Shown here piece by piece: positions 1 to 8,851 of a stretch of 64,000 nt of DNA (position 1 is the first letter of the stretch; every line of letters starts with the position of its first letter). The notes beneath the pieces are model-generated. The model made no database searches. It was not told where the DNA came from and saw nothing but the letters and a program-made list of their open reading frames with translations. The stretch spans positions 12,009 to 76,008 of IMG/VR virus record IMGVR_UViG_3300049491_000083; one strand, given 5' to 3'. The DNA comes from a virus. The translations under genes and the position numbers were made by a program.

Positions 1-2
1 AT

Positions 3-584
3 CCCAAGCCCCCGGTCGTATCTCCTGTAGCACCTGAGGTAGTAGCATCTACTCAGTGTGAGGTTAATGGATCTGTTACTCCCGCAACTACTGCTAATGT
101 AGTTTATGTCGTTGGCGGTACCTCGCCCACGGCTATCACGGTAACGGCAACTCCTGCACAGGGATTCAAGTTTTCTGGTGAGTCTCAGCAGGTAGTCTAC
201 GGTCCATACGACGTGAGCGCAAGCAAGTGCCCATCGTCACCCCCAACAGAGCCACCCGCTCCCCCAGCAGGACCCCCTGCACCACCCAAGGACTTCTGTC
301 CTGATCTAGAGGGTGTCCAGTGGGAGAACTATGACTGCAATACCGGTCAGGTTGTGCCAGTGGCTCCTGTAGAGACTCCAACAGCGACACCGGTACCTAC
401 TGAGACTCCTGTAGTCGATGTACCCGTTGTTGAGGTTCCTGACAAGCCAGTCATCCCCAGCGAGCAAATTGACGCTGGCGAGCAGCCCGAAGGCAATCCT
501 TGGCTGCTTGGAATCCTGTACGGAATGATCATCGGTGGCGTAGCCGCTTGCGGAATCGCAGCAGTACGACTCTGGAATAAGTAG
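3..584 (+). CDS. 5'-truncated Pro/Thr-rich surface protein with C-terminal membrane anchor
   Basis: Frame is open from base 3 (PKPPVVSPVAPEVV...) into the listed 213..584 ORF; Pro-rich linkers, hydrophobic C-terminal helix and short basic tail. Confidence 0.7.
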   Translation, partial: PKPPVVSPVAPEVVASTQCEVNGSVTPATTANVVYVVGGTSPTAITVTATPAQGFKFSGESQQVVYGPYDVSASKCPSSPPTEPPAPPAGPPAPPKDFCPDLEGVQWENYDCNTGQVVPVAPVETPTATPVPTETPVVDVPVVEVPDKPVIPSEQIDAGEQPEGNPWLLGILYGMIIGGVAACGIAAVRLWNK

Positions 585-736
585 CATCACGGTCCTGAGC
601 ATGACCCTAAACTGCTCGCTTTCAAATGATACAATCAGTCTATGTACTGTGACATACATCAAACTAAATACGAACTTGATGAAGATGGTTGGCCCGATTG
701 CTTGACACGGGTACAGAAATAGGCTACAATAGTTCT

Positions 737-805
737 TGCGGGATAGTGAAACGGCATCACACCGGCCTCATAAGCCGGAATTAGGGTTCGACTCCCTGAC
801 CGCTA
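737..805 (+). tRNA. tRNA-Met/Ile2(CAT), imperfect acceptor stem
   Basis: ccggc-CTCATAA-gccgg anticodon arm, GGTTCGACTCC T-loop; acceptor stem has mismatches. Confidence 0.7.
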
Positions 806-806
806 C

Positions 807-879
807 GCCACAATAACTCAGTAGGTAGAGTGTCTCACTTGTAATGAGAATGTCGCGGGTTCGATTCCTGCTTGTGGCT
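807..879 (+). tRNA. tRNA-Thr(TGT)
   Basis: gccacaa/ttgtggc acceptor; tctca-CTTGTAA-tgaga. Confidence 0.93.
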
Positions 880-1064
880 CAAACGCTGTCTATCAGGCAA
901 CTAAAGATACTGTCTGGTATAAAGCAAACGGTCCTGCCGATCACAGGAATACGCGCAAAGTCAGACACAGCGGGAGCGGTTGCAAACGCTCTACCCTTCG
1001 TCCTCTGGACTGCAATCCAGCCACGGAGTTACCGGGAGACAAATTCACAAATCCCCGGTGCCAA

Positions 1065-1137
1065 GGTCCGTTGGAGTAGCGGTAATCTCGCTTCCCTCTC
1101 AAGGAAGAGAACAAGGGTTCAAATCCCTTACGGACTA
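1065..1137 (+). tRNA. tRNA-Glu(CTC)
   Basis: cttcc-CTCTCAA-ggaag; T-loop TTCAAAT. Confidence 0.92.
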
Positions 1138-1244
1138 CAGACCCATCCTCTGGTCACTGTGAGTAAGAATGTCCTTGTATAAGGAATCAGGTCAGGGGCT
1201 TACACAGCGGTACGCGCACTATCGTCGGGGCCAAGTGCGCACAA

Positions 1245-1318
1245 TGGAAGTTCGTCTAATGGCAAGACGACTGACTTTGGATCAGTCTATCGGAGTTCGA
1301 ATCTCTGACTTCCAGCCA
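1245..1318 (+). tRNA. tRNA-Gln(TTG)
   Basis: actga-CTTTGGA-tcagt; encoded CCA. Confidence 0.93.
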
Positions 1319-1498
1319 GTTTGTTCATGTTGGTGTGTTATGATGAACGTCACATATACCCCACATGAACGGAGGATGAACATATGAAAAGACTTGTATC
1401 CAAGTGGAAGTTCGACAAGGACGGCAAATTATATGCCGACTGGAAGAATCGCAAGGTAAAGAAGCATGTGCGCAGGCATCTGCTTGAACTAGTAAAGG

Positions 1499-1684
1499 AT
1501 GACAGTGCCAACGTACCAGTACAGTTGTGACTCGTGTGGCAGTCAGGAAATATTTCAGCAAATGTCCGACGATACCTTGCAATCCTGTCCATTATGCGGT
1601 AGACTAGGCTTCAAGAAAGTGTTCGCAGCGGTCGGGGTATCCTTCAAAGGCTCTGGCTTCTACTCAACAGACAAGGGAAAGTAA
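1499..1684 (+). CDS. FmdB-family zinc-ribbon protein
   Basis: PTYQYSCDSCG...CPLCG...FKGSGFYSTD signature. Confidence 0.9.
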   Translation: MTVPTYQYSCDSCGSQEIFQQMSDDTLQSCPLCGRLGFKKVFAAVGVSFKGSGFYSTDKGK

Positions 1685-1887
1685 TGAATGTTTGGACAGA
1701 GATAGGCCAAAGCCTAGCCAAGTGGTTTACCGGTTTTATCTACGTTGCAGGCATGACCGCCGCAGGATACCTGATTGGCTGGCTCATGGGCAACCAATGG
1801 ACAGTAGAAATGTTTGTTTTCTTTGCATATTTCGTGCTGCTCCCTTACGCCTTCGGGTATATCTTCAGCATTGAGAGGAAGTTGTGA
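1684..1887 (+). CDS. small two-TM membrane protein
   Basis: two hydrophobic segments; translationally coupled to neighbours. Confidence 0.65.
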   Translation: MNVWTEIGQSLAKWFTGFIYVAGMTAAGYLIGWLMGNQWTVEMFVFFAYFVLLPYAFGYIFSIERKL

Positions 1888-2111
1888 CCAATACCAGCAA
1901 AGCCAATTTTCATATCAATAACGGCATCGCCTACCTTGAGAATCTTGAAATAGAGATTAGCCGTGCGCTGGATCTTGCCAAGCCGGGATCATATCTCTCT
2001 GATATGCTAACCGTCGTGCTTACCAACATTGCTAGTATAAATACCAAGTTGTCGGTAGCAGACGAACTCACCCTTGATACCCCCACAAATACCAAGAATT
2101 TCATTCGCTAG
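1884..2111 (+). CDS. hypothetical protein
   Basis: GTGA overlap with the upstream gene. Confidence 0.55.
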   Translation: MTNTSKANFHINNGIAYLENLEIEISRALDLAKPGSYLSDMLTVVLTNIASINTKLSVADELTLDTPTNTKNFIR

Positions 2112-2150
2112 GGTATTGACACCCCGCACGCCTCATGATAGGATGAAGCC

Positions 2151-2483
2151 ATGAGAAACAAGGAAATCTTCGCACCGGTAGAGGAACGACGCTACATCGA
2201 AATCGATATGGCTCACCTTGCCGACATTGAGCATACCTTCAATGATTTTGCTCAGGAAACCGGGGTATCGGTAGAAGATATCACTATGGAAATAACCGAA
2301 GATGAATACACAATGTCAGAGGTCTACCTTGTTACCATGCGCGAGCCTAACGCCAAGGAAATAGCCGAGCGCAGGAAGGTGGCCGAAAGGTCAGCAGCCC
2401 TGACAAAGAAGTTGAAGGAAGAGCGCGAGGCTAACGAGCGCAAGATGTATGATAAACTCAGTAAGAAGTACGGGCCTCTGTAG
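2151..2483 (+). CDS. hypothetical phage protein (leaderless)
   Basis: TTGACA-like -35 and TAGGAT -10 six nt before ATG; coiled-coil C-terminus similar to 28600..28956. Confidence 0.75.
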   Translation: MRNKEIFAPVEERRYIEIDMAHLADIEHTFNDFAQETGVSVEDITMEITEDEYTMSEVYLVTMREPNAKEIAERRKVAERSAALTKKLKEEREANERKMYDKLSKKYGPL

Positions 2484-2546
2484 TTCAATGGATGAACGGC
2501 TGGCTTCTATCCAGCGCGTATGAAGGTTCGAATCCTTTCAGGGGCA
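2474..2546 (+). tRNA. tRNA-Arg(TCT)
   Basis: gctgg-CTTCTAT-ccagc; gcctctg/caggggc acceptor. Confidence 0.9.
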
Positions 2547-2569
2547 CACCTACGATCTAAGGACAAATA

Positions 2570-2824
2570 ATGGCTGGACGACGTAAGAAAATAGAGGATC
2601 ATACGCCTCAGAAGCGCGGATCTGCCCCCTGTGGATGGTGTATTACGGGCGATCATGCTGATTGCAAGCGATCCTACCTGTACTCCGACTGCTCATGCGC
2701 CTGCGCTGGCCCTGTGGCCAAGCCTCGCACACGAAAGGCACCGGTAGCGTCACCGGTAGCCCCAAAGATTTCTGTAGCCCCAGAGAGGCCCAGAAAGCCT
2801 CTCGTGCCCCGGAAGGGTGGATAG
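2570..2824 (+). CDS. small Cys/His zinc-binding basic protein
   Basis: CGWC-H-C-CSC; AAGGA RBS. Confidence 0.65.
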   Translation: MAGRRKKIEDHTPQKRGSAPCGWCITGDHADCKRSYLYSDCSCACAGPVAKPRTRKAPVASPVAPKISVAPERPRKPLVPRKGG

Positions 2825-2965
2825 CATGACCAAGGTAAGCATGGAATTCACTACTGAAGAGTGGGATCTTATCGCTGATGCCCTGAATACAGCCGGGGAA
2901 CAATGGAATGGCGACGATGCCGGTATGATTCACGATATAATCATGGATATCTACAGGCATCTACC

Positions 2966-3118
2966 ATGAAGCAATTCCCTAGGGACCATGACCCCATCCT
3001 CATTGCAGCAGAAACGGCATGGGCAGAAGGCGACAGAGAAGAGTATACTAGACTAGTCAATCGTTGGTGTAAAGAGAACGGCTATACATTCAACGGTTGG
3101 CGCTGGACGCGGGGATGA
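2966..3118 (+). CDS. hypothetical protein
   Basis: ATGA-coupled to the upstream small ORF 2826..2969; stop lies inside the tmRNA 5' end. Confidence 0.6.
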   Translation: MKQFPRDHDPILIAAETAWAEGDREEYTRLVNRWCKENGYTFNGWRWTRG

Positions 3119-3415
3119 AAGGTTTCGACCTTGCGGGAAGGTATCAGCAGTACCACAACACAACAATAAATGCAAACACACAAACCGCATTCGCCCTAGC
3201 AGCATGAGGGCCGTGGGGCCACTCCATAGGAACAGAAAGTGGCATGGAAAGATATCCTTTGCATTAATGTAAAGGGTAAGTTACACCGTCGGGGATATCC
3301 CCCGCAAACGCAACAAACACAAATAGTATGACCGTTGGTTGTGCTTTTTGTGGCTACAAAGACGCTGATATTGGAAGGCAATGGGACCGGGGTTCGATTC
3401 CCCGCATCTCCACAA
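3111..3415 (+). ncRNA. ssrA: tmRNA, tag (A)ANTQTAFALAA
   Basis: 5' GGGGATG-AAAGGTTTCGAC; 3' GGACCGGGGTTCGATTCCCCGCATCTCCA with G3-U pair; resume context ATAAAT-GCA, tag ORF 3172..3207. Confidence 0.96.
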
Positions 3416-3429
3416 CGAAAGGATAGGCA

Positions 3430-4251
3430 ATGTTCACTACATTCACGAGGGATCGCGCAGGCTTTGCTGGTGACTGGCACGGCAATACCGGCTGGGCACT
3501 CCATTGCCTTGACGTATTCAAGTCTCACGATATCTATACAATCTATCAGGTTGGTGACTTCGGGGTATGGGGTGGTAATGATGGTGCCTCGTACCTGCGT
3601 AAGATCAATACCAGATTGAACATGAACAATCAGGATTTGATCGTCGTACCCGGCAATCACGAGAACTACGATATGCTTGACAAGTTCCCGATCAATGAAG
3701 ATGGATTCATGCAGCGCCCTGACCTTGACCGCATTCAGTTTGCTCCCCGTGGGCATGTGTGGCATCACAATAGCGCTCGCTTTGCTGCCATGGGCGGTGC
3801 TTTCAGCATCGACAAGAACATGCGCACAGAGGGACGGTCATGGTGGCCTCAGGAGGCCATTACGCCTGAGGACGTAGAGGCTCTCAAGCGCAATCTTGAC
3901 AAGCGTCTATGGCTCAGCGTGGACGTGTTCCTGAGCCACGATATTCCTGCCGGGGTAGATGTAGGACACAAGGCCTTCGGCCTGCCTGCTGAATTGGAGT
4001 ATGAGGCAAATCGCCAGCGTGTACTGCTTCGCCATGCTGTTGACTATGCGCGTCCGCGAACGCTTGTCCATGGACATTGGCACAAGCGCATTCGTCAGAT
4101 CCTTATAGGCGACTCGCACACAGACGATTCCTATACGACTCAGATCTATGGCCTTGATATGGACGTGACGCAGGATAATATGATCGTGGCAGACGTGGCC
4201 CCGTTCATCGGACTGTACAATGTTCAAGTAATCACAGGAGAGCCAGAATGA
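3430..4251 (+). CDS. calcineurin-like metallophosphoesterase
   Basis: GDWHG, GDFG, GNHE, SHD, HGHWH motifs. Confidence 0.92.
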   Translation: MFTTFTRDRAGFAGDWHGNTGWALHCLDVFKSHDIYTIYQVGDFGVWGGNDGASYLRKINTRLNMNNQDLIVVPGNHENYDMLDKFPINEDGFMQRPDLDRIQFAPRGHVWHHNSARFAAMGGAFSIDKNMRTEGRSWWPQEAITPEDVEALKRNLDKRLWLSVDVFLSHDIPAGVDVGHKAFGLPAELEYEANRQRVLLRHAVDYARPRTLVHGHWHKRIRQILIGDSHTDDSYTTQIYGLDMDVTQDNMIVADVAPFIGLYNVQVITGEPE

Positions 4252-4668
4252 TCAATCAAGGGTGGCAATGCCCGGTATGCAAGAGAGTCTATGCACCATC
4301 GGTAGCAACATGCTGGAACTGTCCTCAGCAGTATCAGTATGGCTATGGGACCAATGAGCCTAAGACCCCTCGCTGGAATGGCAACGTATCGGTTCGCTGT
4401 GCCGTCCTGCACCCACCCGGCTATGTCTGCAACTACGGTCATGAGTAGTGGCATAGTCCTAGGATTCATCTATCTGGCATCGGCTTGGATACTTGTCGAA
4501 TCAATCGTACTCTGGAGAAGGAAATGAACATATCATACGACGACTGGCTGCAAATCGGCATTTTGGCTGGGTGGGCAGAGGAATTCTGCTATACGCACGA
4601 AAAGCGTCCGATGACGGACGACGAGTGGGTAGAGTTCTATGGCTCGGACCCGCATATCCGTGCGCTGG

Positions 4669-4995
4669 CTATTTGGCCGGGGAGTAAGCCGTACCGTATC
4701 CCTTTGCCAGCAATTCCTGATTCAGATTAAGACCATCAACAATGACGGTAGCAAGATACCTGCCGTACTTCTCCTGCTTGTCCATCTGGGTATTCAGGAT
4801 GACAGACTGACCGGGCCAGCACAATGACTGAACAAACGCTGTTGCTGCTTGGCCCTCAGGAGTGAATCGCTCGGGTGTATTAATACCCACAAGCCGAAAT
4901 CGCATCTTCAGGTAGACGTGGAATCCCACGTCAACGATAGCATCAAGAGTGTCCCCGTCAACAATACGGTCGATTGTGGCATTGTAGGTGTACAT
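4669..4995 (-). CDS. staphylococcal-nuclease-like (thermonuclease) protein
   Basis: RIVDGDT, RLVGINTPE, EKYGRYLA, LNQELL motifs; start MYTY 6 nt after TATAAT. Confidence 0.92.
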   Translation of the reverse strand: MYTYNATIDRIVDGDTLDAIVDVGFHVYLKMRFRLVGINTPERFTPEGQAATAFVQSLCWPGQSVILNTQMDKQEKYGRYLATVIVDGLNLNQELLAKGYGTAYSPAK

Positions 4996-5002
4996 AGAAC
5001 TA

Positions 5003-5281
5003 TTATAGCGTATCCGCAACAATAGTGACAAGGCGCTGAGACAGGTCTGTCCTGTCATGCTCCTTGTCGGCAAGGGCCTTGGCAATCAGGGGCCATGCCC
5101 CCATGCGCCGTGGGTGCTTCTTCACTACCCCGGACTTTACCCCGCTGATATCGCTGTATGCATAGGCATAGTTGCCCTTGATGTAGTTGCCTGTTGCGTC
5201 ATTCGCAATCAGCATGGTCTCTATCATGGTTGCCTTGGACTCATCGCCATGGGGCACGAGTTCTACGGTTATCCTGATCAT
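5003..5281 (-). CDS. hypothetical phage protein
   Basis: MIRITVELVP start 6 nt after TACAAT, with TTGACA upstream. Confidence 0.75.
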   Translation of the reverse strand: MIRITVELVPHGDESKATMIETMLIANDATGNYIKGNYAYAYSDISGVKSGVVKKHPRRMGAWPLIAKALADKEHDRTDLSQRLVTIVADTL

Positions 5282-5296
5282 GCTTTTATTGTACCG

Positions 5297-5360
5297 CGAA
5301 TTCGGCCAAATGTCAAAAATTTTTTGCAGACCGAATTTGGGCAAATGTTAAAATTTTGGA
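5297..5360. repeat. two ~30-bp A/T-tract direct repeats (35-bp period)
   Basis: cgaattcggccaaatgtcaaaaattttt / cgaatttgggcaaatgttaaaatttt. Confidence 0.75.
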
Positions 5361-5442
5361 AACTAGGACGATACGTAAAAACAGAAAGCAGCGCCCCGCT
5401 CTTTAGTGCGCACATAAGCACCAAAAAGCGTTGGCATTGCTA

Positions 5443-7040
5443 GGCTTACAGCCCTGCCTCTGTGATGAAGTTCAAGTATGCATATGCAATGCCTATGAGA
5501 ATGAAGCCTACAATTGCTCCCCGCGTTGTCAGCATCATTAGTAGATCCTCACATTCCAGATCGTGCATTCCTGTGCGTTGTTGATAGCAGAGGCGAGGTA
5601 GTGAAGCAACTGCCTATCACTGTTAGCCTCATACTCAATGGTAGTCGTACCCATCACGCTATCCAGATCGAATACTAGCGTACTCATAGTGACTGCTCCA
5701 TCCTTGTGATGATCGTAAGGCCATGCTTCACAGCCTGTCGTGCAGTGGTATCGAAGCCACGCTCAATAGCAACGTCAGCAGCGAAGTCAAGTAGTTCTAC
5801 TATCTGCTCCCACTCATTAGCCCTGAAGGTGATGGTGATAGGGGTAGTGCTCATTAGTGCCTCACACAGAAGGCGTGACCCTTGCGGCACTCAAAGAATG
5901 CACCGTCATCGGTCACGGTATCGAAGTAAAGAGCGGGAGCCACAGGCTCAGGCATAGGGTAGAGGGAAGAGCAAGCGTCAGCAAGCCAATTCCACTGAGA
6001 GCCGCACTCGCATGACACAAGGCCACGCACATAACGGTGCTGGTACATGTTAGACATGAGCATCCATCCAATCCCACACGTCCATGACAATGTGAGTCTT
6101 GCGAGGAAGGTCAGAGACAGTACCCACGTAGGTACCGTCGATCCGATCAGTCTCTTCGATGTGATCCCGGTGGATCTCAACATCGTAGCAGTCGTTGGAG
6201 TAAGGCCCAAAGACAAAGTAGGTGAAGGGCAGCCGACCCTTAGCGGTGTCATGATACACATGGTAGGTGGGGAGAGTCATTCTCTTACCTTCTTTCTATC
6301 TAGTCCTAGACTACACCCTGTACCCGCGAAAAGCAAGCCCAAAACGGACAATGACTGGTCATGCAATGGTCAATGACTGGTCATGCTGGGCGCGGGGTCA
6401 CCAACCCCCATCATCAAAGGATTCGTCACCGAAGAAACCATAGTCCTCATCAGTACCCCACCCAGCAGAGGCGAGCGTATCAGCATCAGCCTCAGCATCA
6501 CTCATTTGATACCCCTCGTACATGGCATCATCGAACTCTGCTTCCATCTCAGCATGATCCTCAGGCTCAAGGTCATCCCACTCGTACTCATCCATTAGAT
6601 CAGCCTCTCAGGCTCAGGTGCATCGGGTGTGTTGTACAGGTCACCTAGGTAGGCATCCCATTGCTCTTGGGTCATGAGGCCCTTGTACTCATGGCATGTG
6701 GGGCACACTACCGTACCATGTGCCCACTGGTTGTCACAGAAGCAACAGACAATGTAGTCGTACTCAGTCTCATCTGCATACCCGGTCATCGCACGTACCA
6801 TGCCTCATCGCTCACGTTGCTACGGGTGATGGGGGCCAGCATATCGAAGCCCCACAGGGCAGTAGTGCTCTCATGGCACACAGGGCAGGGGCCATAGGCC
6901 ACGTTCGTCCACCCATCACCACGGGAATGCGTACCCGCGTAGGGCAGGGGGTTGTGCAGGCCACGGCCCTCATAGGCACACTCTACACAGTCAATGGTGG
7001 CAGGGCTATGCTCTGCCTCGGTCTCTAGAATCTCACTCAT
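5443..7040 (-). other. two leftward operons of small hypothetical genes (e.g. 5684..5854, 6050..6280, 6398..6595, 6595..6789, 6786..7040)
   Basis: tightly coupled short ORFs, several with CxxC or very acidic composition, downstream of promoters near 6310-6340 and 7045-7070. Confidence 0.7.
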
Positions 7041-7655
7041 AGGGCTACTCTAGCACAGGGGGCTGACAGAAGCAACCCTGTAGGGCGGTCAATTCGGTCA
7101 TTGACCGGTCAAAGGTTTGCGGGGCGCGGCAATTTGGTAACCTAGGCTTGCCAAACCTATCTGGGTACTTTGGGCCGTAGCCCTCACCATATGTTGAGTG
7201 GTCGGGGAGAGGTTGGACTTCACTCTCACCCTTCCAAGTTGAGCGGAGGGTAACGCCTAAGCGATAGACCATAGCGATAACGCAGTCATCCCTCCGCAAG
7301 ATTGTGTAGGCTGGGGATCATGGAAAGTCCCGCATTTAATACCCTCCCGGTTCGTTTGGGTAACCTAGGGCTTATGCAGGCATTGGTGGCGAGAACCTCA
7401 TTTAACATCGAACGTGTCACTATTTGTACCTGCTGCCATTGGGGTTTCGTAGACTAGGCTAACCCGGCCTTGCCGGAGCGTTCGTTCCATACTTCTGAGT
7501 TCTTGCTAACCCGGTCTGCACCGGAGCGTACCTCAGTTTTCCCAAGATCTTGGTTGTTCCTCTATGTTCTTATAGTGCTACTCTACAGGAAAATCTGGCA
7601 AAACACAAGCCAAAAACGGTCATTGACCGGTCAGCCAGTGGTCATTGACCAGTCA
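6346..7655 (-). promoter_or_regulatory. GGTCA(A/T)TGAC(C/T)(G/A)GTCA operator repeats upstream of three leftward promoters
   Basis: 6346-6361, 6368-6383, 7087-7111, 7618-7633, 7640-7655. Confidence 0.8.
7131..7573 (-). ncRNA. candidate ~440-nt structured ncRNA
   Basis: own promoter (TTGTGT-N17-TAGAGT at 7608-7580), no credible ORF, many stems, duplicated hairpin module. Confidence 0.65.
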
Positions 7656-7765
7656 TCGCTCGGCGCGGAGCGCCCCGTCCTTCGTTATGAAACCGTTACC
7701 AAATAGGCTTGATTATTCGGTCTGTTTGTGATAGGCTGGCGTTAACGCCAACGAAAGGACACACC

Positions 7766-7873
7766 ATGGCTATCTTCGAATTCTCTGACGGCTTCGACGC
7801 TCAGGGCTGGTACATGGAGCAGATGCGTAAGGGTCACTTTGACGAGGACTTCGACTATGGGGACGAGGGGTAA
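7766..7873 (+). CDS. 35-aa acidic protein in a single-gene cassette
   Basis: GAAAGGA RBS, MAIFEFSDGFDAQGWY...DEG; flanked by GC boxes. Confidence 0.65.
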   Translation: MAIFEFSDGFDAQGWYMEQMRKGHFDEDFDYGDEG

Positions 7874-7901
7874 CCCTCTCCCGCGCCCCTTTCGGGGTAG
7901 T

Positions 7902-8851
7902 CTACGAATCCCATTCCATATTTCGCAGGGCCACGGAAATATCACGCTTAAGAGTTTCAATTGTCCTGAGTGCTTGTCCCAGAAGGATGAGGTCATTGTT
8001 GGTTGCCTGCACGAATGCATTGTCAAGATAGTTGCTGACATAGTTGGCATGATTCATCGCCAACTTGAGTTCATGCGAGTAGTTGAACTCACGCATGGTC
8101 ATCTGCTTGTTTGACTTCATTCTACTTCCCATGTTTGCAGTTGATAGAACCTCTGGTACTGTACCGGTTGAGATTCGATGTAGTATTGGGCATCCATCGC
8201 ATCACTGAAGATATGATCAAGGAACTTGGCACCGTCGCCAAGGTAGAATACGCAGAATACGTCCATCATCGCTTCTTAATCTCGTAGTTGTCGTAGTCCT
8301 TCTCGCCCATTGCTCGCTTGTGACCCTGAACATAGGTGAGTGCACGAGGGTAGTCAGAAAAGAACGAGAGGTATTGGCCCTTGTAGAACACAGTAAACAG
8401 CGGGGGAGGATTCAGGTCATCCTCAGTCAGCATAGGATTAGGCATCGACAACCTCCGAGAAGAGATAGATGACGTATGCACGAGAGGCAATGGAGGGATG
8501 CAGATTCCTACCCGCCTCAAACAGCGACTCAGCCTTGACAAGAATCTGACGAGGCTCGTCATCGTGCGAATACTCAACGGCATAGATGTTCATTCAGACT
8601 TCTCCTTGATAATCTCAGTCCAGTGGACGTAGCAAAGCGGGGTACCCGCCCAATTCTTGAATGCGGGGGTATCACAGTACCCAAACTCACAGATCACGGT
8701 AAAGGTATCCATTAGAACGGAGCCTTCCAGAACTCTTCACCGTCAACGATGACGCAATCCTCACCTACCCGCAGAACCACGGAGTAGTCAAACGCGGCAT
8801 CGTAGTCCGCGAGCATCCAGTAAACGGACGCCCAATGCTCTGACAGTGACA
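7902..8851 (-). other. leftward operon of very small hypothetical genes
   Basis: coupled short ORFs downstream of the TGTCAG-type promoter at ~8880-8901. Confidence 0.55.

Noticed and set aside
970-1064. tRNA-Cys or tRNA-Sec
   Set aside because: TGCAA loops are 6 and 8 nt and there is no T-loop; kept only as an unknown ncRNA
1138-1200. HDV-like (theta) ribozyme after tRNA-Glu
   Set aside because: A tcctc loop is present, but there is no room for P1-P2-P3 in the required order
7045-7299. 84-aa ORF within the candidate ncRNA
   Set aside because: TTG start without an RBS, and it runs through the next GC box, operator and promoter
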